Assembly (NCBI GenBank): GCA_035259605.1
Contig: DATFWF010000011.1
Location: 1-56,798 of the forward strand
Length of the DNA stretch: 56,798 bases
DNA from: Thermoanaerobaculia bacterium
Lineage (GTDB): Bacteria > Acidobacteriota > Thermoanaerobaculia > UBA5066 > Gp7-AA6
Reading direction: 5' to 3'
Shown here: in pieces, positions 17,397 to 29,500 of the stretch
Position numbering within the stretch: position 1 is the first letter of the stretch
Layout: each line of letters begins with the position of its first letter
Program-made: the position numbers and the translations under genes
The notes under the pieces: generated by a model
Told to the model about the DNA's origin: nothing
Databases searched by the model: none
The model's input: only the letters and a program-made list of their open reading frames with translations

Positions 17397-19688
17397 GTGC
17401 GCCTCGTCTCCCGGTCCGTCCTGCGCGAGATCTGGCCCCCCTTCCTCCTGGGGTTCGTCGCGTACACGTTCATCCTGCTGATCCGGACCGTGTACTTCCT
17501 GGCGGACTTCTTCGTGCGCCGGAGCGCCTCGTTCGGCGAGGTTGTCTGGCTCGCCGTCCTTTCCCTTCCGTGGATCATCGTCCTGACCCTCCCGATGGCG
17601 TTCCTTCTCGGGGTCCTGATCGGGATCGGGCGCCTGGCCGGAGACAGCGAGATCATCGCCCTGCGCTCCTGCGGCGTCGGCCCGCTGGCCATCTACCGGC
17701 CGGCGATCGTGGCGGCCATCCTCCTCTCCGGCGGCGTCTTCCTCCTGTACAACCTGGTCCTCCCGGGCGCCAACGAGAAGCTGACCCGGTCGCTGGCCCG
17801 GGTCGCCGCCACTTCGGTCGTCAACGTCGTCCATCCCCGGACCTTCCGCGAGGTCCGCCCGGGCGTGACCCTCTACTTCGACAGCACGGGCGCCGACGGG
17901 CGATCCCTCGAGGGAGTCTTCGTCAAGCTCGGCGAGGAGGGCGAGCGGGACCAGCGCGTCATGGTCGCCCGCCGCGGCGCCCTGACGCTCGAGAACGACC
18001 GGCTCTGGCTCGACCTCTTCAACTCCACGGTCCACGAGTACGAGGCCGGCGATCCCGCCCATTACCGCTTGAACCGAAGCCAGGCCCAGCGGGTCCTCCT
18101 GACGGGCGACATCTGGAACGCGTCGGCCAGCGTGGCCTACGAGAAGTCGCTCCGCAACCAGTCGGTCCGCGAGCTGATGGCGACGGCGCAGCGCATTCGC
18201 GCGCAGTCGCCCGAGAGCTACCGGCTCGCGTGGGTCGAGATCCACAAGAAGTTCTCGATCCCGTTCGCCTGCCTCGCCTTCGCGATCATCGGGATCCCGC
18301 TTGCGGAATCCGCGCGGCGCGGCGGAAGGGGAAGCGCGTTCGCGATCTCGCTGGCGATCATCATCCTGTACTACGTCCTGCTCTCCGCGGGAGAGACGTG
18401 GGGCCAGAGGGGTGTCCTTCCTCCCGGGCTGGCGATCTGGCTTCCCAACGTCGTCGTGCTCGCCGCCGGAGCCGCCGCGATCGCGCGGTCCGGCAGGGAG
18501 CGGGCGAGGTGGCGCTGGACTCTGCCGCTGCCGGGCCGCAGAATCCCGGGCCGGCGGGCCTCCCCCGCCGCGGCGCGGCCCCGCTTCGGGAGCTTCGTGA
18601 GGTTTCCCGGGATCCTCGACCGCTACGTGCTTCAGCGGTTCTTCACCGTGCTCTTCTTCGCGGCGGTCTCGGTCCTCCTCCTCGCCGTCATCGTGGACTA
18701 CGCGGAGCGCGTGGACCGCATCGCGAGGAACCACCCGCCGACCTCGGCGGTGCTCGGCTACTACCGGGCGTTCCTCCTCGGGATCGGGGCGCAGATCGCG
18801 CCGTTCGTCGCCCTGATCTCCACCCTCGTCTGCCTCGGCATCCTCTCGAAGAACAACGAGGACACGGCCTTCCGGGCGAGCGGCGTCTCTCTCCACCGGA
18901 TCGCGGCGCCGATCCTCGCGGCGGCCGCCGTCTGTGCGCTCGTCCTTTTCGCGATGGGCGAGTACATCCTGCCCTACGCCGCGCAGCAGGAGGCACGCTG
19001 CTACAACATCATCAACGGCCGGCCCGAGGACTACGGCACGGCCCGCACCCCGGCGGAGCGCAACTGGAGGCGCGCGGCCGACGGGAGCATCTGGCACAAG
19101 GAGGAGAGCGACCCGGCGCGCGGGATGCTCGTCTCCCCTTCCGTCTTCCGGTTCGACGAGCGCTTCGACCTGGTGCGCCGCGACAGCGCGCGCCTGGCCT
19201 CCTGGAACGGAAACGACTGGACGTTCCGGCAGGGCTGGTCGAGGACGTTCGACGCGGACTCGGAGACCGGCTACCGGACGTACCTTGAGGACCGCGTGGC
19301 CGGCGATCCCCCGCCGGCGTTCACGCGGGAGCGGCGCACTCCCGAGCAGATGCGGTGGCGGGAGCTCCAGCGCTACGCGGCGCGGCTCAAGGCGGGAGGC
19401 TACGCGACGGCGGACCTGGAGACGGCGATGTACGCGAAGTTCGCGGCGCCGGCGCTCGTGCCGCTGATGGCGCTGCTGGGGGTCCCCTTCGCCTTCCGGA
19501 TCGGGCGCCGGGGAGCGCTGGCGGGGATCGGGATCGGGCTGGCGCTGGGCATGGGATTCCTGATCGCGACGGCGTTCTTCACCAAGCTCGGCGACGTGGG
19601 CGCGCTGCCGGCGGCGCTGGCGGCGTGGTCGCCCAACGTCCTCGCGACGACGCTGGCGGTCTACCTCCTTCTCCGCCTTCGGACGTGA
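17397..19688 (+). CDS. Fused LptF-LptG LPS export permease (two YjgP/YjgQ modules in one ORF)
   Basis: ORF 17343..19688 is uninterrupted. Module 1 runs from SVLREIWPPFLLGF to LAIWLPNVVVL. A basic linker follows. Module 2 runs from ILDRYVLQRFF to LAAWSPNVLATT. Start GTG 17397 is preferred because 17343 abuts the dif-like site. Confidence 0.75.
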   Translation: MRLVSRSVLREIWPPFLLGFVAYTFILLIRTVYFLADFFVRRSASFGEVVWLAVLSLPWIIVLTLPMAFLLGVLIGIGRLAGDSEIIALRSCGVGPLAIYRPAIVAAILLSGGVFLLYNLVLPGANEKLTRSLARVAATSVVNVVHPRTFREVRPGVTLYFDSTGADGRSLEGVFVKLGEEGERDQRVMVARRGALTLENDRLWLDLFNSTVHEYEAGDPAHYRLNRSQAQRVLLTGDIWNASASVAYEKSLRNQSVRELMATAQRIRAQSPESYRLAWVEIHKKFSIPFACLAFAIIGIPLAESARRGGRGSAFAISLAIIILYYVLLSAGETWGQRGVLPPGLAIWLPNVVVLAAGAAAIARSGRERARWRWTLPLPGRRIPGRRASPAAARPRFGSFVRFPGILDRYVLQRFFTVLFFAAVSVLLLAVIVDYAERVDRIARNHPPTSAVLGYYRAFLLGIGAQIAPFVALISTLVCLGILSKNNEDTAFRASGVSLHRIAAPILAAAAVCALVLFAMGEYILPYAAQQEARCYNIINGRPEDYGTARTPAERNWRRAADGSIWHKEESDPARGMLVSPSVFRFDERFDLVRRDSARLASWNGNDWTFRQGWSRTFDADSETGYRTYLEDRVAGDPPPAFTRERRTPEQMRWRELQRYAARLKAGGYATADLETAMYAKFAAPALVPLMALLGVPFAFRIGRRGALAGIGIGLALGMGFLIATAFFTKLGDVGALPAALAAWSPNVLATTLAVYLLLRLRT

Positions 19689-19749
19689 GGCCAGGAGGCC
19701 GCGAGGCCCTCCCCTACGGCACCGAATCCCGCCTTCCATCGCGCTCAAC

Positions 19750-19777
19750 TGTCGACTGTTGATTGTCGACTGTCGAC
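19750..19777. repeat. Tandem heptamer array TGTCGAC TGTTGAT TGTCGAC TGTCGAC
   Basis: Read directly. It lies between the convergent lptFG and Omp85 genes. Confidence 0.85.
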
Positions 19778-19782
19778 TTCTC

Positions 19783-21396
19783 CTAAAACACCTGCCCGCT
19801 AGAGAAGGAGACCAACCAGCCTTTGCGGCCGAACGGATCGGGGTTCAGGGCGTAGGCGAAGTCCACGCGGAGGATCGGGTTTCCCGCGGCCCGCGAGACC
19901 GCGACGCGGATTCCCACGCCGACGTCGCTCTTGAATTCCGAGAAGGTGAGGGGGCGGCCCTCGGGGACGGCCGTCCCGGTGTCGAAGAAGGCGACCGCGC
20001 CGAAGGAGGCGAGCTGGAGGATCTCCTTGCCCGAGAAGATCCGGTGCTCGACGTTCCAGACCACCCGCCGGTTGCCCTCGAAGGAGTAGAGGCGGTACCC
20101 GCGCAGGCCGTTGCCCCCGTCGGCGAAGAACTGGACGTCGCGGTCGAGGTTCCAGCCGAGGTCGAACTCGAAGTGGGAGACGAACGTCTGGAGCGGCGCG
20201 GTGTTGAACTTGCGGACGTAGGTCGCCGTCCCCGAGAGGATCTCGTTCTTCGGGCCATGGTCCAGCCGCGTCTCGTAGGAGAGCCCGGTGACGAGGAAGC
20301 TCGACTGGGAAAGCCGGCCGCCCAGGGAGCCGTTGAACCGGACGAGGCCGGTCGTGCTCGGCAACCCGAAGGCCGACGGGGACACTCCCAGGGTCACCGC
20401 GTACGAGGTCGCGAGGTTGATGTCCTCGTAGCGGGCGTCGCGGTTGACGTAGTTGACCTTGAGGAAGTCGTTCCCGGTGTCCTCGTAGCGCACGAAGAGG
20501 TAGCGGAAGTTCCGGTCGTCCGGGATGACGTCGTCGGGACGGTCGTCCCGGTGCTGGAAGAGGTCCTCGACCGCCTGGAACCCCCCGGAGAGCCGCCTCG
20601 CCCGCACGTCGCTCGCGACGAGCGCCCGGCCATAGGAGATCTCGTAATGGCGGTGGTCTCCCCGGACGATGGAGGACTCGACGCCGTCGGTGTAGATCCG
20701 GTCGTCCTCGGTCGTGCGGAGGACAGCCAGGTCCGCAGCCCACGGGGTCAGGAACGAATAGAACGGCCGGCCGACATGGATCCCCTTCTGGTCTCCGTCG
20801 GAGTTGTTGGCATAGATGGCGTCGACGGACCAGTAGGGATTGAGTAGGCAGGGGTCCTTGTACTGGACGGACCGGATGATGCGGTTGACGTCCTGCCCGT
20901 AGCGCAGGCTGACCTGGCGGCCCAGGCCGAGGAGGTCCTTCTCCTCGAGCGAGAAGGAGTACGTCGTGACTCCCCCCTTCTTGCCGAAGGAGACTCCCGG
21001 CTGCGTCGTCCAGGCGTCCTGTGTGCGCACGTCCACGTCCACGAGGCCGTCTTTCGGGGAGTGCGCCAGGACCGACGCGGACTTGATGAACGGGAGGCTG
21101 CGCAGGTTCCGCTCCGTCTCGGTCAGGCGGTTGGGATCGTACGGATCGCCCTCCTTGAACAGGAGGAAGTTGCGGATCACGGAGACGCGCGTCGAGATGT
21201 GCAGCGCGTTGGCGGCGCGGTAGAGCCACCCGTTGGCGGCCTCCTCGTCGCTGAAGACGTCCAGCGCCTCGATGTGGATGACGCCGACCCGGAGGCCGTC
21301 CTGCTGGGCCTGCGAAGGATCTGCGAGGCAGAGAAAGGGAGGCGCCGCGGCGGCCAGCGCCACCAGGAGCGCCGTCCGCCTCGCCAGCCCTTTCAT
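19783..21396 (-). CDS. Omp85/BamA-TamA family outer membrane protein
   Basis: Signal peptide MKGLARRTALLVALAAAAP, POTRA-like N-terminal region, long beta-strand-rich C-terminal domain ending in ...SSGQVF (terminal aromatic). Confidence 0.7.
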   Translation of the reverse strand: MKGLARRTALLVALAAAAPPFLCLADPSQAQQDGLRVGVIHIEALDVFSDEEAANGWLYRAANALHISTRVSVIRNFLLFKEGDPYDPNRLTETERNLRSLPFIKSASVLAHSPKDGLVDVDVRTQDAWTTQPGVSFGKKGGVTTYSFSLEEKDLLGLGRQVSLRYGQDVNRIIRSVQYKDPCLLNPYWSVDAIYANNSDGDQKGIHVGRPFYSFLTPWAADLAVLRTTEDDRIYTDGVESSIVRGDHRHYEISYGRALVASDVRARRLSGGFQAVEDLFQHRDDRPDDVIPDDRNFRYLFVRYEDTGNDFLKVNYVNRDARYEDINLATSYAVTLGVSPSAFGLPSTTGLVRFNGSLGGRLSQSSFLVTGLSYETRLDHGPKNEILSGTATYVRKFNTAPLQTFVSHFEFDLGWNLDRDVQFFADGGNGLRGYRLYSFEGNRRVVWNVEHRIFSGKEILQLASFGAVAFFDTGTAVPEGRPLTFSEFKSDVGVGIRVAVSRAAGNPILRVDFAYALNPDPFGRKGWLVSFSSGQVF

Positions 21397-21432
21397 GTCG
21401 AAGGTGCGGGACCCGGGGAGAAACCGCCCCTC

Positions 21433-23965
<2,533 letters not shown>

Positions 23966-24036
23966 CAAGCGACTCCTTTTAGGCGGGTTGGGGGGAGACT
24001 CAAGGCGCCGCAGACTAACATCTCGAGCGGGAAGGG

Positions 24037-24621
24037 TCAAAGACCCGCGCCCGGAAGCTTGCTCGGGCGAGCCTCCGGATTCCTCGAGAAGAAGAAGAAG
24101 AGGTTCCGGCCGTAGTCGCGCGTCTCGACCAGCGTCAGTCCCTCGATCGCGGGGCAAGCCGCGCCCCGGTCTGCCTGGAAGACGAGGATCCCGCCCTCCT
24201 CCAGGACGCTCTTTCCCCGGGACCGGAGCGCCCGGGTCTCGGTTCCGTAGGGGGGATCGGCGAACACCAGGTCGAAACGCACGCCCTTTCGGGAGAGAGC
24301 GTCGAGCGCGGAGCCGGCGTCCTCTCCGGAAATCTCGACCCCCTCATGCGGGGCGGGAAGCCTCGCCAGGTTCTCGCGCAGGACCGGCGCGCTCCTCTCG
24401 ACCAGCATCGCGCGGGCCGCGCCGCGGGAGACCGCTTCGAGGCCGACCGCTCCGCTGCCCGCGTACAGGTCGAGGACCTTCGCCCCGGGGATCCGTTTCT
24501 GGAGAATGCTGAAGAGCGCCTCCCGCGCGCGGTCGGAAGTCGGGCGCGCTCCGTCGGGCACGACGAGGCGGCGTCCCTTCCAGCGCCCGGCGATGATCCG
24601 GACGGAAGGCCGGTTCTTCAC
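24037..24621 (-). CDS. rsmD: 16S rRNA (guanine966-N2)-methyltransferase
   Basis: [14 protein letters not shown]-binding [18 protein letters not shown], catalytic FADPPY. Confidence 0.85.
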   Translation of the reverse strand: MKNRPSVRIIAGRWKGRRLVVPDGARPTSDRAREALFSILQKRIPGAKVLDLYAGSGAVGLEAVSRGAARAMLVERSAPVLRENLARLPAPHEGVEISGEDAGSALDALSRKGVRFDLVFADPPYGTETRALRSRGKSVLEEGGILVFQADRGAACPAIEGLTLVETRDYGRNLFFFFSRNPEARPSKLPGAGL

Positions 24622-24628
24622 GCGCGTC

Positions 24629-25258
24629 TCATTCGGGCGGCGAGAACTGGAAGCGCAGCTCCTCGATCTTCTTGAACTCGCTGAACGGCTCGTTGACGCC
24701 TTCGAGCTCGACGACTCCCTTCTCCGCGAGGAGCTGCTTGACGCGGAAGAGAGCGCCGTCGAACCTCTTGAGCAGCGTGCCGGGCGGCAGGTGCTCCGCC
24801 GTGAACCGGGAAGCCGGCGCGAGGGGGGCGAGCATCGAGAGGCGAAGGCCCTCCAGGGCCGAGCGGACCGCGGAGGCTTCGGGCGGCAGCGGCGAGAGGT
24901 CGTCGAAGCGGATCTTCTTTCGCGATCCGCCCGGGCGCGCGATCGTGAGGACCGACTGCGCCGCGAATTCCCCGGTCAGCCCGGTGCGGAGGTCTTCCTT
25001 CAGGTCCCAGACCTCCCGCCGACGGAAGTAGTCGCAGTAGAACGCCACCTCGTCGGCCTCGAGCTTCTGGCGCTTGATCTCGTCGTTGCCGCCGTGCGAG
25101 GTCTTCCAGACCAGCGTGCGGTCGGAAAAGAGGGTCAGCCGCTCGTAGCCCTGGCTGGACTGCCGGATCCACTCCGCGCAGTAGGTCGGCGGCGGGTCGG
25201 CCGGCGGCGTCGGCGAGGGCGCAAGCAGAATCGAGGCAAGGAGGAGAGCCGCGGTCAC
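24629..25258 (-). CDS. Hypothetical exported protein
   Basis: C-terminal 209 codons of ORF 24629..25921. GTG 25258 makes a GTGA overlap with the cca stop. Hydrophobic N-terminus VTAALLLASILLA. I recognise no family. Confidence 0.5.
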   Translation of the reverse strand: MTAALLLASILLAPSPTPPADPPPTYCAEWIRQSSQGYERLTLFSDRTLVWKTSHGGNDEIKRQKLEADEVAFYCDYFRRREVWDLKEDLRTGLTGEFAAQSVLTIARPGGSRKKIRFDDLSPLPPEASAVRSALEGLRLSMLAPLAPASRFTAEHLPPGTLLKRFDGALFRVKQLLAEKGVVELEGVNEPFSEFKKIEELRFQFSPPE

Positions 25259-26457
25259 CGGGTCTGCCCCAGAGCCGCTTCGACGGCGAACTCGAGCTCC
25301 CTGCCCCGGGAGATCCGCCCCTCCCGAAGGGCGTCGAGCGTGGCCTCGAGCGCCTTCCCGATTCGCGGTCCGGCCGGCACTCCCGCGGCGAGGAGATCTC
25401 GCCCGCCGATCGACAGGGAAGTGTCGAGGGATCTCAGGAGAAGCTCCAGCCGCGGTCCCGCCGGGGGCCCGAGAAAAGCCGCCGCCGCGGCAATCTCTTC
25501 GGGAGAGAGCCGCTCCGCGCGCGCGATGGAAGGGCCGATCGAGCGAGCTTCGCGTCGAAGGCGCGCGAGGAGGGACGGCCAGCGAAGCATCCTCGAGAGG
25601 TCCCCGCGCGTCAGCGCAACCCGGCGGGCGATCCTCGCGGCGGCCTTCTCGGAGACGTCGCCGGCCCAGACGAGGAGGTAGAGGAACCAGCCGGTCTTTC
25701 CCGGGTGCCTCGACGCGATCCGTTCGGCGCGGGCCAGGCCCCGCCGGACCGCAAGCGGAGAGGTCAGGGCGGGATCCACGGCTCGATCGACACCGAGCCG
25801 CGAGAGCAGGCCCGCCGCCCGCGCACGGTTCTCCTCGGAGAAGAGAAGCCGGATCTCCCGCCGCATCCGGTCCCCGGAGATGGAGTCGAAAGCCCGCCGG
25901 CGGATCGCCTCCCGAATCCATGCCCGGGTCCTGCCCTCGACGGAGAAACCGAGGCGGTTGGCGTAGCGGGCGGCCCGGAAGGCCCGGGTCGGATCGTCGT
26001 GCGGCGACTTCTCGTGAAGCATCCGCACCGTGCCGCTCCGCAGGTCGCGTCGACCGCCGAAGGGATCGAGGAGGAACGGCCGGCCCGGAGCGATCCGGAT
26101 CGCCATGGCGTTGATCGTGAAGTCGCGGCGGGCCAGGTCCTCTTCGATGCCGGCCGGCGCGACCTTCGGAAGAGCGCCGCTCGACGCGTAGGTTTCCTTT
26201 CGGGTCGAGGCGACGTCGAGGCGCGCGCCGCCCGGAAACTCCAGGACCACGGTGCCGAACCGTTCATGCGCGGAGATCCGGGCTCCCGCCGTCCGGGCCA
26301 GGGACTTCCCGAATCCGACGGCGTCGCCTTCGATCGCCAGGTCCACGTCCACGACCGGCCTCCGAAGCAGGAGGTCCCGCACGGCGCCGCCGACGAGATA
26401 CAGCGGCGCCTTCTCCGCGATGGCCAGCTTCCGGGCCGCGCCGATCGGTCCGCGCAA
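25255..26457 (-). CDS. cca: CCA-adding enzyme / poly(A) polymerase family nucleotidyltransferase
   Basis: LYLVGGAVRDLLL...VDVDLAIEGD nucleotidyltransferase motif. The ORF is open to 26547, but its first 30 codons run through the TGTCGAC array. TTG 26457 is proposed and is uncertain. Confidence 0.7.
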   Translation of the reverse strand: MRGPIGAARKLAIAEKAPLYLVGGAVRDLLLRRPVVDVDLAIEGDAVGFGKSLARTAGARISAHERFGTVVLEFPGGARLDVASTRKETYASSGALPKVAPAGIEEDLARRDFTINAMAIRIAPGRPFLLDPFGGRRDLRSGTVRMLHEKSPHDDPTRAFRAARYANRLGFSVEGRTRAWIREAIRRRAFDSISGDRMRREIRLLFSEENRARAAGLLSRLGVDRAVDPALTSPLAVRRGLARAERIASRHPGKTGWFLYLLVWAGDVSEKAAARIARRVALTRGDLSRMLRWPSLLARLRREARSIGPSIARAERLSPEEIAAAAAFLGPPAGPRLELLLRSLDTSLSIGGRDLLAAGVPAGPRIGKALEATLDALREGRISRGRELEFAVEAALGQTR

Positions 26458-26491
26458 GCCTCGGGGAATTCGCGCCAGGACCCTTCCGGCC

Positions 26492-26520
26492 TTTCGACTG
26501 TCGACTGTCGACTGTCGACT
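26492..26520. repeat. Tandem heptamer array TTTCGAC + 3x TGTCGAC
   Basis: Read directly. It lies between the dnaE stop (26540) and the probable cca start. Confidence 0.85.
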
Positions 26521-26539
26521 CTTCCCTCGCTCCGCCTTC

Positions 26540-29500
26540 CTACTCAAACACGTATTCGACCGAGTCTTCCCCCGTCAGCGCCCGGATCTCGTCGGTCAGG
26601 CGCTGCGAGCGGGCGACCCGCATGGAGTCGGCCGCCTTCAGCGTGGCCTCGAACTCGCCGGGGCGGAAGAGCCGGATCGAAACGGGAAGCGTCCCCGGGT
26701 GGGAGGCCAGGCTGTCCTTGAGGCGGGCGAGGAGCTTCTCGTCCGCCAGCGCCAGGTTCACGCGGATCTGGAGCGAGCGGGCGAGCCTCTCCTTGATGCC
26801 CTCGAGCGGGATGATGTCCTGGACCGTCATCTCGAAGGCGGGACCGGACTCCCGCACGGTGCCCGTGACGAGGACCGGCAGGTCCGCCGCGATCCACGAC
26901 GCGATCTTCTCGTAGAGGCTGGCGAAGATCGCGACCGGGATCGAGCCGCTCATGTCCTCGAGGACCGCCTTGAGCATCGTCTTGCCCTCGTTGACGCCCT
27001 TCTTGATCTTCTGCTTCTTGAGGGCGACGAGGACGCCGCCGACCCGGACCGTCTTCTCGGCGTGCGAGGCGAGGTCCGAGATCTTCGCGTCGGCGAACCG
27101 CTCGACGGTCTCGGCGAAGCGCGCCAGCGGATGGCCGGTCACGTAGAAGCCGAGGACTTCCTTCTCCCCTTTCAGCCGCTCCTCGAGCGACCACTCCGGC
27201 AGGTCGGGGAAGGAATCCTCTTCGATCCCCCCGGACTCGATCGGGGTGCCGGAGAAGAGGCTCGACTGCCCGATCTCCTTTTCCTCTCGCGCGCGGCTGG
27301 CCTGCGCGAAGACCCTCTCCGAGGCCGAGGAGAGCGTCGCGCGGTTCCGGCCGAGCGAATCGAAGGCGCCGGCGGCGATCAGCGCGTCGAGCGTGCGCTT
27401 GTTGACCAGGTGCGAGTCCAGGCGCATCGCGAAGTCCGTGAAGGAGCGGAACGGGCCCTTCTCGCGCTCGCCGAGGATCGCCTCCGCCGCCGCGTCCCCG
27501 ACGCCCTTGATCGCCGCGAGGCCGAAGCGGATCGCCGGCCCGACGCCGGTGAACTTCCGCTTGGACTCGTTGATGTCCGGCGGCAGGACCGGGATCCCGG
27601 ACTCGACGCAGTCGCCGATGACCTTCACGATCCCGTCCGTCGAGCCGATCTCCGCCGAGAGGGTCGCCGCGAGAAAGTCCACCGGGTAGTGCGCCTTGAG
27701 AAACGCGGTCTTGTAGGCGACGAGCGCGTAGGCGACCGCGTGCGACTTGTTGAATCCGTAGCGGGCGAAGGGCTCGATCAGTCCCCAGAGCTCCCGGGCC
27801 TTCTTCGGGTCGGTCCCGTGCGCCGTGGCGCGCTTGATGAAGTTCTCCCCTTCCGCGACCATGATCTCCCGCTTCTTCTTGCCGATCGCCTTGCGAAGGA
27901 GGTCGGCGTCGGCGAGCGAGTAGCCGGCCACGCGCGAGGCGATCCGCATGACCTGCTCCTGGTAGACGAGGATCCCGAGCGTCTCTTCCAGGATGTCGGA
28001 GATCTCGCGCAGCGGGTAGCGGACGGCGCTCGTACCGTTGCGGCGGCGGACGTAATCCTCGACGGTCCCGGCGTCGAGCGCGCCCGGCCGGTAGAGCGCG
28101 TTCAAGGCCGCGAGGTCGGCGAAGACGCGCGGCTTGGCGCGCCGCAGCAGGTCGCGCATCCCGGAGGAGTCGAACTGGAAGACGCACGCGGTCCGGCCGG
28201 CCCGGAAGAGCTCGAAGGTCTTCTCGTCGTCGAGCGGCAGCCGCGCGAGGTCCGGCGCCGCGCCCTCGCGCGCCTGGATCGCGGCGAGGGTCTCGTCGAT
28301 GACGTCGAGCGTGATGAGGCCGAGGAAGTCGATCTTGAGCAAGCCCATCTTCTCGACGGCGTTCATGTCGAACTGCGTCGTGATTTCGTCCTTGTTGGTC
28401 CGGTAGAGCGGCAGGTAGTCGGTGATCGGCCGCGGGGCGATCACGACGCCGGCCGCGTGCATCCCGGCGTGCCGCGAAAGGCCCTCGAGCCGCTCCGCGA
28501 TCTTGACGACCTTCTGGACGGCCGGATCGGCCTCGATCGCCTCCCGCAGGAGCGCCGACTCCTCCATCGCCTTCTTGAAGGTGACGTCCGGCCCGTCCGG
28601 AACGAGCTTGGCGATGCGGTCGCCCAGCGCCACGGGGAGCGAGAGCACCCGCGCGACGTCCCGCACGGCGAGCTTGGGCTTCAACTGCGAGAACGTCACG
28701 ATCTGGGCGACGTTCTCCCGGCCGTACTTGCGCGTGACGTAGTCGATGACCTCGCCGCGGCGGGCCTGGCAGAAGTCGATGTCGATGTCGGGCATGTTGA
28801 TGCGCTCGGGGTTCAGGAACCGCTCGAAGAGGAGGTCGTACTTGAGCGGGTCGATCTCGGTGATGCCGAGCGACCACGCCACGATCGAACCGGCCGAGCT
28901 CCCCCGCCCCGGCCCCACGGAGATTCCGCGCTCGCGGGCGAAGCCGATGAAGTCCGAGACGATCAGGAAGTAGGAGGGGAACTCCATCTTCTCGACGACC
29001 TTGATCTCGTACTCCAGGCGCTCGCGGTACTTCTCCGGCGGGATCGTCGCGTCGGTCTCGCCCAGGGCGAGCTTGCGCTCGAGGCCCTCCCGGGCGACCG
29101 ATCCGAAGTACTCGGCCGGCGCGCGGCCGGCCGGCGCCGAGAAGGTCGGAAGCTGCACCTTCTCGTTGCCCAGCGCGATCGCGCAGCGCTCCGCGACCGC
29201 GACCGTGTTGGAGACGGCCTCGGCCGACCACCGGGAGAAGCGCGCCTTCATCTCGTCGGGGTTCTTCACGTAGAACTCGTCGTTGTAGAACCGCATCCGC
29301 CGCTCGTCTTCGAGCGTCTTGCCCATGCCGATGCAGAGCAGGACCTCGTGCGCGTCGGCGTCGTCGCGGTTCAAGTAGTGGCTGTCGTTGGTCGCGACGG
29401 CGGGGGCGCCGGTCTCCTGCGAGAGCTTCAGGAGCTGCGGGACGATGGCGACCTGCTGCGGCAGGCCGTGGTCCATGATCTCGACGAAGAAGTTCCCCTT

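Noticed and set aside
23966-24036. Possible SAM or SAH riboswitch in the 71-nt leader of the metK-ahcY operon
   Set aside because: I could not fold it into any SAM-I, SAM-II, SAM/SAH or SAH consensus. GAGUC occurs twice as a direct repeat, not an inverted one, and no pseudoknot with the RBS is evident. A covariance-model scan (Rfam) would be needed to say more.
24088-24099. (GAA)4 microsatellite
   Set aside because: It lies inside the rsmD 3' end and encodes FFFF in a non-conserved C-terminal tail. It is short and probably incidental.
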